DNA of 64,000 nucleotides, taken from the human T2T-CHM13v2.0 reference genome, Homo sapiens. Position numbers and translations under genes: made by a program. The notes beneath the pieces are model-generated. The model saw only the letters and a list, made by a program, of their open reading frames with translations. It was not told where the DNA came from and ran no database searches. The stretch lies in NCBI RefSeq assembly GCF_009914755.1, contig NC_060928.1; one strand, written 5' to 3'. Shown one piece after another: positions 25,201 to 40,200 of the stretch (position 1 is its first letter; each line of letters begins with the position of its first letter).

Positions 25201-28200
25201 AAAGAAGCATTCTCAGAAACTTCTTTGTGTTGTGTGTACTCAAGTAACAGTGTTGAACCTTCCTTTTGACACAGCAGTTTTGAAACACTCTTTTGGTAGA
25301 ATCTGCAAGTGGATATTTGGATAGCTTTGAGGATTTCGTTGGAAACGGGTTATCTTCATATAAAATCCAGACAGGAGCATTCTCAGAAACTTCTTTGTGC
25401 TGCATGTCCTCAATTCACAGAGCTGAACCTTTGTTTGGATACAGCATTTTGGAAACATTCCTTTAGTAGAATCTGCAAGTTGATATTTAGATAGCTTTGA
25501 AGATTTCGTTGGAAACGGGAATATCTTCATAGAAAATCTAGACGGAAGCATTCTCAGAAACTGCTTTGTGATGTTTGCATTCAAGTCACAGAGTTGAATA
25601 TTCCCTTTTATAGAGTAGGTTTGAAACACTCTTTCGGCACTACCTGGAAGTGGATATTTCGAGCTCTTTGAGGCCTATGGTTAAAAGGAAATATCTTCCC
25701 ATAAAAACTAGACAGAAGCCGTCTCAGAAACTTGTTTGTGATGTGTGTATTCAACTAACAGAGTTGAACATTTCTGTTACAGAGCAATTTTAAAACACTC
25801 TTTTTGTGGAATCTGAAAGTGGATAATTGGATAGCTTTGTGGATTTCGTTGGAAACGGGATGACGTATAAAATCTAGAGAGAAGCATTCTCAGGAACTTC
25901 TTTCTGATGTTTGCATTCAAGTCACAGAATTGAACATTCCTTTTCATAGTGCAGGTTTGAAACACTCTTTCTGTAGTATCTGGAAGTGGACATTTCAAGC
26001 GCTTTCAGGCCTACGGGGAGAAAGGAAATATCTTCAAATAAAAACTAGACAGAAGGATTCTCAGAAACTTATTTGTGATGTGTGTCCTAAACGAACACAG
26101 TTGAACCTTTGTTTTGATACAGCATTTTGGAAACACTCCTTTTGTAGGATCTGCAGGTGGATATTTGGATAGATTTTAAGATTTCATTGGAAACGGGAGT
26201 TTCTTCATAGAAACTCAAGACAGATGCATTCTCAGAAACATCTCTGTGATGTTTGCATTCCACTCATAGAGTTGAAAACTTCCTTTCATAGAGCAGGTTT
26301 GAAACACTCTTTTTGTAATATTTGGAAGTGGACATTTGCAGCGCTTTGAGGCCTATGGTGAAAAAGGAAATATCTTCTCATAAAAACCAGAAACAAGCAT
26401 TCTCAGAAACTTCTTTTTGATGTGTGTACTCAAGTAACAGAGTTGAACCTTCCTTTTGACACAGCAGTTTTGAAACAATCTTTTTGTAGAATCTGCAAGT
26501 GGATATTTGGATAGCTTTGAGGATTTCGTTGGAAACGGGATATCTTCATATAAAATCTAGACAGAAGCATTCTCAGAAACTTCTTTGTGCTGTATGTCCT
26601 CAATTAACAGAGTTGAACCATTGCTTGGATACAGCATTTTGGAAACATTCCTTGAGTAGAATCTGCAAGTTGATATTTAGATAGATTTGAAGATTTCGTT
26701 GGAAAAGGGAATATCTCCATATAAAATCTAGAGGGAAGCATTCTCAGAAACTGCTTTGTGATGTTTCCATTCAAGTCACAGAGTTGAATATTCCCTTTTA
26801 TAGAGCACGTTTGAAACACTCTTTCTGCACTATCTGGAAGTGGACATTTCGAGCGCTTTGAGGCCTATGGTGAAAAAGGAAATATCTTCCCATAAAAACT
26901 AGACAGAAGCATTCTCAGAAACTTGTTTGTGATGTGTGTATTCAACTAACAGAGTTGAACTTTTGTTTTTACAGAGCCGTTTTAAAACACTCTTTTTGTG
27001 GAATCAGAAAGTGGATATTCGGATGGCTCTGAGGATTTCGTTGGAAGCGGGATTACATATAAAATCTAGAGAGAAGCATTCTCAGGAACTTCTTTGTGAT
27101 GTTTGCATTGAAGTCACAGAATTGAACATTCACTTTGATAGAGCAGGTTTGAAACACTCATTCTGTAGTATCTGGAAGTGGACATTTCAAGCGCTTTCAG
27201 GCCTATGGTGAGAAAGGAAATATCTTCGAATAAAAACTAGACAGAAGCATCCTCAGAAACTTATTTGTGATGTGTGTCCTCAACTAACAGAGTTGAAACT
27301 TTGTTTTGATACAGCATTTTGGAAACACTCTTTTTGTAGAATCTGCAGGTGGATATTTGGATAGCTTAGAGGGATTCGTTGGAAAGGGGATATCTTCATA
27401 TAAAATCTAGACAGAAGCATTCTCAGAAACTTATTTGTGATGTGTGTCCTCAACTAACAGAGTTGAACCTTGGTTTTGATACAGCATTTTGGAAACGCTC
27501 CTTTTGTAGAATCTGCAGGTGGATATGTGGATAGCTCTGAAGATTTCGTTGGAAACGGGAATTTCTTCATATAAAATCAAACAGAAGCATTCTCAGAAAC
27601 TTCTCAGTGATGTTTGCATTCAGCTCATGGAGTTGAACACTTCCTTTCATAGAGCCGGTTTGAAACACTCTTTCTGCACTACCTGGAAGAGGACATTTCG
27701 AGCGCTTTGAGTCCTATGGTGAAAAAGGAAATATCTTCTCATAAAAACCAGAAAGAAGCATTCTCAGAAACTTCTTTGTGTTGTGTGTACTCATGTAACA
27801 GTGTTGAACCATCCTTTTGACAGAGCAGTTTTGAAACACTCTTTTTGTAGAATCTGCAAGTGGATATTTGGATAGCTTTGAGGATTTCGTTGGAAACGGG
27901 ATGACATATAATATCTAGAGAGAAGCATACTCAGGAACTTCTTTGTGATGTTTGCATTCAAGTCACAGAATTGAACATTCCCTTTCATAGAGCAGGTTTG
28001 AAACACTCTTTCTCTAGTATCTGGAAGTGGGCATTTCAAGCGCTTTCAGGCCTATGGAGAGAAAGGAAATACCTTCAAATAAAAACTAGACAGAAGCATT
28101 CTCAGAAACTTATTTGTGATGTGTGTCCTCAACTAACAGAGTTGAACCTTTGTTTTGATACAGCATTTTGGAAACACTCCTTTTGTAGAATCTGCAGGTG

Positions 28201-31200
28201 GATATTTGGATAACTTTGAAGATTTCGTTGGAAACCGGAATATCTTCATATAAAATCAAGACAGAAGCATTCTCGGAAACATCTCTGTGATGTTTGCATT
28301 CAACTCAGTAGAGTTGAACACTTCCTTTCATAGAGCAGGTTTGAAACACTCTTTCTGCACTACCTGGAAGCGGACATTTCGAGCGCTTTGAGGCCTATGG
28401 TGAAAAAGGAAATATCTTCTCATAAAAACCAGAAAGAAGCATTCTCAGAAACTTCTTTGTGTTGTGTGTACTCAAGTAACAGTGTTGAACCTTCCTTTTG
28501 ACACAGCAGTTTTGAAACACTCTTTTGGTAGAATCTGCAAGTGGATATTTGGATAGCTTTGAGGATTTCGTTGGAAACGGGTTATCTTCATATAAAATCC
28601 AGACAGGAGCATTCTCAGAAACTTCTTTGTGCTGCATGTCCTCAATTCACAGAGCTGAACCTTTGTTTGGATACAGCATTTTGGAAACATTCCTTTAGTA
28701 GAATCTGCAAGTTGATATTTAGATAGCTTTGAAGATTTCGTTGGAAACGGGAATATCTTCATAGAAAATCTAGACGGAAGCATTCTCAGAAACTGCTTTG
28801 TGATGTTTGCATTCAAGTCACAGAGTTGAATATTCCCTTTTATAGAGTAGGTTTGAAACACTCTTTCGGCACTACCTGGAAGTGGATATTTCGAGCTCTT
28901 TGAGGCCTATGGTTAAAAGGAAATATCTTCCCATAAAAACTAGACAGAAGCCGTCTCAGAAACTTGTTTGTGATGTGTGTATTCAACTACCAGAGTTGAA
29001 CATTTCTGTTACAGAGCAATTTTAAAACACTCTTTTTGTGGAATCTGAAAGTGGATAATTGGATAGCTTTGTGGATTTCGTTGGAAACGGGATGACGTAT
29101 AAAATCTAGAGAGAAGCATTCTCAGGAACTTCTTTCTGATGTTTGCATTCAAGTCACAGAATTGAACATTCCTTTTCATAGTGCAGGTTTGAAACACTCT
29201 TTCTGTAGTATCTGGAAGTGGACATTTCAAGCGCTTTCAGGCCTACGGGGAGAAAGGAAATATCTTCAAATAAAAACTAGACAGAAGGATTCTCAGAAAC
29301 TTATTTGTGATGTGTGTCCTAAACGAACACAGTTGAACCTTTGTTTTGATACAGCATTTTGGAAACACTCCTTTTGTAGGATCTGCAGGTGGATATTTGG
29401 ATAGATTTTAAGATTTCGTTGGAAACGGGAGTTTCTTCATAGAAACTCAAGACAGATGCATTCTCAGAAACATCTCTGTGATGTTTGCATTCCACTCATA
29501 GAGTTGAAAACTTCCTTTCATAGAGCAGGTTTGAAACACTCTTTTTGTAATATTTGGAAGTGGACATTTGCAGCGCTTTGAGGCCTATGGTGAAAAAGGA
29601 AATATCTTCTCATAAAAACCAGAAACAAGCATTCTCAGAAACTTCTTTTTGATGTGTGTACTCAAGTAACAGAGTTGAACCTTCCTTTTGACACATCAGT
29701 TTTGAAACAATCTTTTTGTAGAATCTGCAAGTGGATATTTGGATAGCTTTGAGGATTTCGTTGGAAACGGGATATCTTCATATAAAATCTAGACAGAAGC
29801 ATTCTCAGAAACTTCTTTGTGCTGTATGTCCTCAATTAACAGAGTTGAACCATTGCTTGGATACAGCATTTTGGAAACATTCCTTGAGTAGAATCTGCAA
29901 GTTGATATTTAGATAGATTTGAAGATTTCGTTGGAAAAGGGAATATCTCCATATAAAATCTAGAGGGAAGCATTCTCAGAAACTGCTTTGTGATGTTTCC
30001 ATTCAAGTCACAGAGTTGAATATTCCCTTTTATAGAGCACGTTTGAAACACTCTTTCTGCACTATCTGGAAGTGGACATTTCGAGCGCTTTGAGGCCTAT
30101 GGTGAAAAAGGAAATATCTTCCCATAAAAACTAGACAGAAGCATTCTCAGAAACTTGTTTGTGATGTGTGTATTCAACTAACAGAGTTGAACTTTTGTTT
30201 TTACAGAGCCGTTTTAAAACACTCTTTTTGTGGAATCAGAAAGTGGATATTCGGATGGCTCTGAGGATTTCGTTGGAAGCGGGATTACATATAAAATCTA
30301 GAGAGAAGCATTCTCAGGAACTTCTTTGTGATGTTTGCATTGAAGTCACAGAATTGAACATTCACTTTGATAGAGCAGGTTTGAAACACTCATTCTGTAG
30401 TATCTGGAAGTGGACATTTCAAGCGCTTTCAGGCCTATGGTGAGAAAGGAAATATCTTCGAATAAAAACTAGACAGAAGCATCCTCAGAAACTTATTTGT
30501 GATGTGTGTCCTCAACTAACAGAGTTGAAACTTTGTTTTGATACAGCATTTTGGAAACACTCTTTTTGTAGAATCTGCAGGTGGATATTTGGATAGCTTA
30601 GAGGGATTCGTTGGAAAGGGGATATCTTCATATAAAATCTAGACAGAAGCATTCTCAGAAACTTATTTGTGATGTGTGTCCTCAACTAACAGAGTTGAAC
30701 CTTGGTTTTGATACAGCATTTTGGAAACACTCCTTTTGTAGAATCTGCAGGTGGATATGTGGATAGCTCTGAAGATTTCGTTGGAAACGGGAATTTCTTC
30801 ATATAAAATCAAACAGAAGCATTCTCAGAAACTTCTCAGTGATGTTTGCATTCAGCTCATGGAGTTGAACACTTCCTTTCATAGAGCCGGTTTGAAACAC
30901 TCTTTCTGCACTACCTGGAAGAGGACATTTCGAGCGCTTTGAGTCCTATGGTGAAAAAGGAAATATCTTCTCATAAAAACCAGAAAGAAGCATTCTCAGA
31001 AACTTCTTTGTGTTGTGTGTACTCATGTAACAGTGTTGAACCATCCTTTTGACAGAGCAGTTTTGAAACACTCTTTTTGTAGAATCTGCAAGTGGATATT
31101 TGGATAGCTTTGAGGATTTCGTTGGAAACGGGATGACATATAATATCTAGAGAGAAGCATTCTCAGGAACTTCTTTGTGCTGTTTGCATTCAAGTCACAG

Positions 31201-34200
31201 AATTGAACATTCCCTTTCATAGAGCAGATTTGAAACACTCTTTCTCTAGTATCTGGAAGTGGGCATTTCAAGCGCTTTCAGGCCTATTGAGAGAAAGGAA
31301 ATACCTTCAAATAAAAACTAGACAGAAGCATTCTCAGAAACTTATTTGTGATGTGTGTCCTCAACTAACAGAGTTGAACCTTTGTTTTGATACAGCATTT
31401 TGGAAACACTCCTTTTGTAGAATCTGCAGGTGGATATTTGGATAGCTTTGAAGATTTCGTTGGAAACCGGAATATCTTCATATAAAATCAAGACAGAAGC
31501 ATTCTCGGAAACATCTCTGTGATGTTTGCATTCAACTCAGTAGAGTTGAACACTTCCTTTCATAGAGCCGGTTTGAAACACTCTTTCTGCACTACCTGGA
31601 AGCGGACATTTCGAGCGCTTTGAGGCCTATGGTGAAAAAGGAAATATCTTCTCATAAAAACCAGAAAGAAGCATTCTCAGAAACTTCTTTGTGTTGTGTG
31701 TACTCAAGTAACAGTGTTGAACCTTCCTTTTGACACAGCAGTTTTGAAACACTCTTTTGGTAGAATCTGCAAGTGGATATTTGGATAGCTTTGAGGATTT
31801 CGTTGGAAACGGGTTATCTTCATATAAAATCCAGACAGGAGCATTCTCAGAAACTTCTTTGTGCTGCATGTCCTCAATTCACAGAGCTGAACCTTTGTTT
31901 GGATACAGCATTTTGGAAACATTCCTTTAGTAGAATCTGCAAGTTGATATTTAGATAGCTTTGAAGATTTCGTTGGAAACGGGAATATCTTCATAGAAAA
32001 TCTAGACGGAAGCATTCTCAGAAACTGCTTTGTGATGTTTGCATTCAAGTCACAGAGTTGAATATTCCCTTTTATAGAGTAGGTTTGAAACACTCTTTCG
32101 GCACTACCTGGAAGTGGATATTTCGAGCTCTTTGAGGCCTATGGTTAAAAGGAAATATCTTCCCATAAAAACTAGACAGAAGCCGTCTCAGAAACTTGTT
32201 TGTGATGTGTGTATTCAACTAACAGAGTTGAACATTTCTGTTACAGAGCAATTTTAAAACACTCTTTTTGTGGAATCTGAAAGTGGATAATTGGATAGCT
32301 TTGTGGATTTCGTTGGAAACGGGATGACGTATAAAATCTAGATTGAAGCATTCTCAGGAACTTCTTTCTGATGTTTGCATTCAAGTCACAGAATTGAACA
32401 TTCCTTTTCATAGTGCAGGTTTGAAACACTCTTTCTGTAGTATCTGGAAGTGGACATTTCAAGCGCTTTCAGGCCTACGGGGAGAAAGGAAATATCTTCA
32501 AATAAAAACTAGATAGAAGGATTCTCAGAAACTTATTTGTGATGTGTGTCCTAAACGAACACAGTTGAACCTTTGTTTTGATACAGCATTTTGGAAACAC
32601 TCCTTTTGTAGGATCTGCAGGTGGATATTTGGATAGATTTTAAGATTTCGTTGGAAACGGGAGTTTCTTCATAGAAACTCAAGACAGATGCATTCTCAGA
32701 AACATCTCTGTGATGTTTGCATTCCACTCATAGATTTGAAAACTTCCTTTCATAGAGCAGGTTTGAAACACTCTTTTTGTAATATTTGGAAGTGGACATT
32801 TGCAGCGCTTTGAGGCCTATGGTGAAAAAGGAAATATCTTCTCATAAAAACCAGAAACAAGCATTCTCAGAAACTTCTTTTTGATGTGTGTACTCAAGTA
32901 ACAGAGTTGAACCTTCCTTTTGACACAGCAGTTTTGAAACAATCTTTTTGTAGAATCTGCAAGTGGATATTTGGATAGCTTTGAGGATTTCGTTGGAAAC
33001 GGGATATCTTCATATAAAATCTAGACAGAAGCATTCTCAGAAACTTCTTTGTGCTGTATGTCCTCAATTAACAGAGTTGAACCATTGCTTGGATACAGCA
33101 TTTTGGAAACATTCCTTGAGTAGAATCTGCAAGTTGATATTTAGATAGATTTGAAGATTTCGTTGGAAAAGGGAATATCTCCATAGAAAATCTAGAGGGA
33201 AGCATTCTCAGAAACTGCTTTGTGATGTTTCCATTCAAGTCACAGAGTTGAATATTCCCTTTTATAGAGCACGTTTGAAACACTCTTTCTGCACTATCTG
33301 GAAGTGGACATTTCGAGCGCTTTGAGGCCTATGGTGAAAAAGGAAATATCTTCCCATAAAAACTAGACAGAAGCATTCTCAGAAACTTGTTTGTGATGTG
33401 TGTATTCAACTAACAGAGTTGAACTTTTGTTTTTACAGAGCCGTTTTAAAACACTCTTTTTGTGGAATCAGAAAGTGGATATTCGGATGGCTCTGAGGAT
33501 TTCGTTGGAAGCGGGAATACATATAAAATCTAGAGAGAAGCATTCTCAGGAACTTCTTTGTGATGTTTGCATTGAAGTCACAGAATTGAACATTCACTTT
33601 GATAGAGCAGGTTTGAAACACTCATTCTGTAGTATCTGGAAGTGGACATTTCAAGCGCTTTCAGGCCTATGGTGAGAAAGGAAATATCTTCGAATAAAAA
33701 CTAGACAGAAGCATCCTCAGAAACTTATTTGTGATGTGTGTCCTCAACTAACAGAGTTGAAACTTTGTTTTGATACAGCATTTTGGAAACACTCTTTTTG
33801 TAGAATCTGCAGGTGGATATTTGGATAGCTTAGAGGGATTCGTTGGAAAGGGGATATCTTCATATAAAATCTAGACAGAAGCATTCTCAGAAACTTATTT
33901 GTGATGTGTGTCCTCAACTAACAGAGTTGAACCTTGGTTTTGATACAGCATTTTGGAAACGCTCCTTTTGTAGAATCTGCAGGTGGATATGTGGATAGCT
34001 CTGAAGATTTCGTTGGAAACGGGAATTTCTTCATATAAAATCAAACAGAAGCATTCTCAGAAACTTCTCAGTGATGTTTGCATTCAGCTCATGGAGTTGA
34101 ACACTTCCTTTCATAGAGCCGGTTTGAAACACTCTTTCTGCACTACCTGGAAGAGGACATTTCGAGCGCTTTGAGTCCTATGGTGAAAAAGGAAATATCT

Positions 34201-37200
34201 TCTCATAAAAACCAGAAAGAAGCATTCTCAGAAACTTCTTTGTGTTGTGTGTACTCATGTAACAGTGTTGAACCATCCTTTTGACAGAGCAGTTTTGAAA
34301 CACTCTTTTTGTAGAATCTGCAAGTGGATATTTGGATAGCTTTGAGGATTTCGTTGGAAACGGGATGACATATAATATCTAGAGAGAAGCATACTCAGGA
34401 ACTTCTTTGTGATGTTTGCATTCAAGTCACAGAATTGAACATTCCCTTTCATAGAGCAGGTTTGAAACACTCTTTCTCTAGTATCTGGAAGTGGGCATTT
34501 CAAGCGCTTTCAGGCCTATGGAGAGAAAGGAAATACCTTCAAATAAAAACTAGACAGAAGCATTCTCAGAAACTTATTTGTGATGTGTGTCCTCAACTAA
34601 CAGAGTTGAACCTTTGTTTTGATACAGCATTTTGGAAACACTCCTTTTGTAGAATCTGCAGGTGGATATTTGGATAACTTTGAAGATTTCGTTGGAAACC
34701 GGAATATCTTCATATAAAATCAAGACAGAAGCATTCTCGGAAACATCTCTGTGATGTTTGCATTCAACTCAGTAGAGTTGAACACTTCCTTTCATAGAGC
34801 AGGTTTGAAACACTCTTTCTGCACTACCTGGAAGCGGACATTTCGAGCGCTTTGAGGCCTATGGTGAAAAAGGAAATATCTTCTCATAAAAACCAGAAAG
34901 AAGCATTCTCAGAAACTTCTTTGTGTTGTGTGTACTCAAGTAACAGTGTTGAACCTTCCTTTTGACACAGCAGTTTTGAAACACTCTTTTGGTAGAATCT
35001 GCAAGTGGATATTTGGATAGCTTTGAGGATTTCGTTGGAAACGGGTTATCTTCATATAAAATCCAGACAGGAGCATTCTCAGAAACTTCTTTGTGCTGCA
35101 TGTCCTCAATTCACAGAGCTGAACCTTTGTTTGGATACAGCATTTTGGAAACATTCCTTTAGTAGAATCTGCAAGTTGATATTTAGATAGCTTTGAAGAT
35201 TTCGTTGGAAACGGGAATATCTTCATAGAAAATCTAGACGGAAGCATTCTCAGAAACTGCTTTGTGATGTTTGCATTCAAGTCACAGAGTTGAATATTCC
35301 CTTTTATAGAGTAGGTTTGAAACACTCTTTCGGCACTACCTGGAAGTGGATATTTCGAGCTCTTTGAGGCCTATGGTTAAAAGGAAATATCTTCCCATAA
35401 AAACTAGACAGAAGCCGTCTCAGAAACTTGTTTGTGATGTGTGTATTCAACTACCAGAGTTGAACATTTCTGTTACAGAGCAATTTTAAAACACTCTTTT
35501 TGTGGAATCTGAAAGTGGATAATTGGATAGCTTTGTGGATTTCGTTGGAAACGGGATGACGTATAAAATCTAGAGAGAAGCATTCTCAGGAACTTCTTTC
35601 TGATGTTTGCATTCAAGTCACAGAATTGAACATTCCTTTTCATAGTGCAGGTTTGAAACACTCTTTCTGTAGTATCTGGAAGTGGACATTTCAAGCGCTT
35701 TCAGGCCTACGGGGAGAAAGGAAATATCTTCAAATAAAAACTAGACAGAAGGATTCTCAGAAACTTATTTGTGATGTGTGTCCTAAACGAACACAGTTGA
35801 ACCTTTGTTTTGATACAGCATTTTGGAAACACTCCTTTTGTAGGATCTGCAGGTGGATATTTGGATAGATTTTAAGATTTCGTTGGAAACGGGAGTTTCT
35901 TCATAGAAACTCAAGACAGATGCATTCTCAGAAACATCTCTGTGATGTTTGCATTCCACTCATAGAGTTGAAAACTTCCTTTCATAGAGCAGGTTTGAAA
36001 CACTCTTTTTGTAATATTTGGAAGTGGACATTTGCAGCGCTTTGAGGCCTATGGTGAAAAAGGAAATATCTTCTCATAAAAACCAGAAACAAGCATTCTC
36101 AGAAACTTCTTTTTGATGTGTGTACTCAAGTAACAGAGTTGAACCTTCCTTTTGACACAGCAGTTTTGAAACAATCTTTTTGTAGAATCTGCAAGTGGAT
36201 ATTTGGATAGCTTTGAGGATTTCGTTGGAAACGGGATATCTTCATATAAAATCTAGACAGAAGCATTCTCAGAAACTTCTTTGTGCTGTATGTCCTCAAT
36301 TAACAGAGTTGAACCATTGCTTGGATACAGCATTTTGGAAACATTCCTTGAGTAGAATCTGCAAGTTGATATTTAGATAGATTTGAAGATTTCGTTGGAA
36401 AAGGGAATATCTCCATATAAAATCTAGAGGGAAGCATTCTCAGAAACTGCTTTGTGATGTTTCCATTCAAGTCACAGAGTTGAATATTCCCTTTTATAGA
36501 GCACGTTTGAAACACTCTTTCTGCACTATCTGGAAGTGGACATTTCGAGCGCTTTGAGGCCTATGGTGAAAAAGGAAATATCTTCCCATAAAAACTAGAC
36601 AGAAGCATTCTCAGAAACTTGTTTGTGATGTGTGTATTCAACTAACAGAGTTGAACTTTTGTTTTTACAGAGCCGTTTTAAAACACTCTTTTTGTGGAAT
36701 CAGAAAGTGGATATTCGGATGGCTCTGAGGATTTCGTTGGAAGCGGGATTACATATAAAATCTAGAGAGAAGCATTCTCAGGAACTTCTTTGTGATGTTT
36801 GCATTGAAGTCACAGAATTGAACATTCACTTTGATAGAGCAGGTTTGAAACACTCATTCTGTAGTATCTGGAAGTGGACATTTCAAGCGCTTTCAGGCCT
36901 ATGGTGAGAAAGGAAATATCTTCGAATAAAAACTAGACAGAAGCATCCTCAGAAACTTATTTGTGATGTGTGTCCTCAACTAACAGAGTTGAAACTTTGT
37001 TTTGATACAGCATTTTGGAAACACTCTTTTTGTAGAATCTGCAGGTGGATATTTGGATAGCTTAGAGGGATTCGTTGGAAAGGGGATATCTTCATATAAA
37101 ATCTAGACAGAAGCATTCTCAGAAACTTATTTGTGATGTGTGTCCTCAACTAACAGAGTTGAACCTTGGTTTTGATACAGCATTTTGGAAACACTCCTTT

Positions 37201-40200
37201 TGTAGAATCTGCAGGTGGATATGTGGATAGCTCTGAAGATTTCGTTGGAAACGGGAATTTCTTCATATAAAATCAAACAGAAGCATTCTCAGAAACTTCT
37301 CAGTGATGTTTGCATTCAGCTCATGGAGTTGAACACTTCCTTTCATAGAGCCGGTTTGAAACACTCTTTCTGCACTACCTGGAAGAGGACATTTCGAGCG
37401 CTTTGAGTCCTATGGTGAAAAAGGAAATATCTTCTCATAAAAACCAGAAAGAAGCATTCTCAGAAACTTCTTTGTGTTGTGTGTACTCATGTAACAGTGT
37501 TGAACCATCCTTTTGACAGAGCAGTTTTGAAACACTCTTTTTGTAGAATCTGCAAGTGGATATTTGGATAGCTTTGAGGATTTCGTTGGAAACGGGATGA
37601 CATATAATATCTAGAGAGAAGCATTCTCAGGAACTTCTTTGTGCTGTTTGCATTCAAGTCACAGAATTGAACATTCCCTTTCATAGAGCAGATTTGAAAC
37701 ACTCTTTCTCTAGTATCTGGAAGTGGGCATTTCAAGCGCTTTCAGGCCTATTGAGAGAAAGGAAATACCTTCAAATAAAAACTAGACAGAAGCATTCTCA
37801 GAAACTTATTTGTGATGTGTGTCCTCAACTAACAGAGTTGAACCTTTGTTTTGATACAGCATTTTGGAAACACTCCTTTTGTAGAATCTGCAGGTGGATA
37901 TTTGGATAGCTTTGAAGATTTCGTTGGAAACCGGAATATCTTCATATAAAATCAAGACAGAAGCATTCTCGGAAACATCTCTGTGATGTTTGCATTCAAC
38001 TCAGTAGAGTTGAACACTTCCTTTCATAGAGCCGGTTTGAAACACTCTTTCTGCACTACCTGGAAGCGGACATTTCGAGCGCTTTGAGGCCTATGGTGAA
38101 AAAGGAAATATCTTCTCATAAAAACCAGAAAGAAGCATTCTCAGAAACTTCTTTGTGTTGTGTGTACTCAAGTAACAGTGTTGAACCTTCCTTTTGACAC
38201 AGCAGTTTTGAAACACTCTTTTGGTAGAATCTGCAAGTGGATATTTGGATAGCTTTGAGGATTTCGTTGGAAACGGGTTATCTTCATATAAAATCCAGAC
38301 AGGAGCATTCTCAGAAACTTCTTTGTGCTGCATGTCCTCAATTCACAGAGCTGAACCTTTGTTTGGATACAGCATTTTGGAAACATTCCTTTAGTAGAAT
38401 CTGCAAGTTGATATTTAGATAGCTTTGAAGATTTCGTTGGAAACGGGAATATCTTCATAGAAAATCTAGACGGAAGCATTCTCAGAAACTGCTTTGTGAT
38501 GTTTGCATTCAAGTCACAGAGTTGAATATTCCCTTTTATAGAGTAGGTTTGAAACACTCTTTCGGCACTACCTGGAAGTGGATATTTCGAGCTCTTTGAG
38601 GCCTATGGTTAAAAGGAAATATCTTCCCATAAAAACTAGACAGAAGCCGTCTCAGAAACTTGTTTGTGATGTGTGTATTCAACTAACAGAGTTGAACATT
38701 TCTGTTACAGAGCAATTTTAAAACACTCTTTTTGTGGAATCTGAAAGTGGATAATTGGATAGCTTTGTGGATTTCGTTGGAAACGGGATGACGTATAAAA
38801 TCTAGATTGAAGCATTCTCAGGAACTTCTTTCTGATGTTTGCATTCAAGTCACAGAATTGAACATTCCTTTTCATAGTGCAGGTTTGAAACACTCTTTCT
38901 GTAGTATCTGGAAGTGGACATTTCAAGCGCTTTCAGGCCTACGGGGAGAAAGGAAATATCTTCAAATAAAAACTAGATAGAAGGATTCTCAGAAACTTAT
39001 TTGTGATGTGTGTCCTAAACGAACACAGTTGAACCTTTGTTTTGATACAGCATTTTGGAAACACTCCTTTTGTAGGATCTGCAGGTGGATATTTGGATAG
39101 ATTTTAAGATTTCGTTGGAAACGGGAGTTTCTTCATAGAAACTCAAGACAGATGCATTCTCAGAAACATCTCTGTGATGTTTGCATTCCACTCATAGATT
39201 TGAAAACTTCCTTTCATAGAGCAGGTTTGAAACACTCTTTTTGTAATATTTGGAAGTGGACATTTGCAGCGCTTTGAGGCCTATGGTGAAAAAGGAAATA
39301 TCTTCTCATAAAAACCAGAAACAAGCATTCTCAGAAACTTCTTTTTGATGTGTGTACTCAAGTAACAGAGTTGAACCTTCCTTTTGACACAGCAGTTTTG
39401 AAACAATCTTTTTGTAGAATCTGCAAGTGGATATTTGGATAGCTTTGAGGATTTCGTTGGAAACGGGATATCTTCATATAAAATCTAGACAGAAGCATTC
39501 TCAGAAACTTCTTTGTGCTGTATGTCCTCAATTAACAGAGTTGAACCATTGCTTGGATACAGCATTTTGGAAACATTCCTTGAGTAGAATCTGCAAGTTG
39601 ATATTTAGATAGATTTGAAGATTTCGTTGGAAAAGGGAATATCTCCATATAAAATCTAGAGGGAAGCATTCTCAGAAACTGCTTTGTGATGTTTCCATTC
39701 AAGTCACAGAGTTGAATATTCCCTTTTATAGAGCACGTTTGAAACACTCTTTCTGCACTATCTGGAAGTGGACATTTCGAGCGCTTTGAGGCCTATGGTG
39801 AAAAAGGAAATATCTTCCCATAAAAACTAGACAGAAGCATTCTCAGAAACTTGTTTGTGATGTGTGTATTCAACTAACAGAGTTGAACTTTTGTTTTTAC
39901 AGAGCCGTTTTAAAACACTCTTTTTTTGGAATCAGAAAGTGGATATTCGGATGGCTCTGAGGATTTCGTTGGAAGCGGGAATACATATAAAATCTAGAGA
40001 GAAGCATTCTCAGGAACTTCTTTGTGATGTTTGCATTGAAGTCACAGAATTGAACATTCACTTTGATAGAGCAGGTTTGAAACACTCATTCTGTAGTATC
40101 TGGAAGTGGACATTTCAAGCGCTTTCAGGCCTATGGTGAGAAAGGAAATATCTTCGAATAAAAACTAGACAGAAGCATCCTCAGAAACTTATTTGTGATG

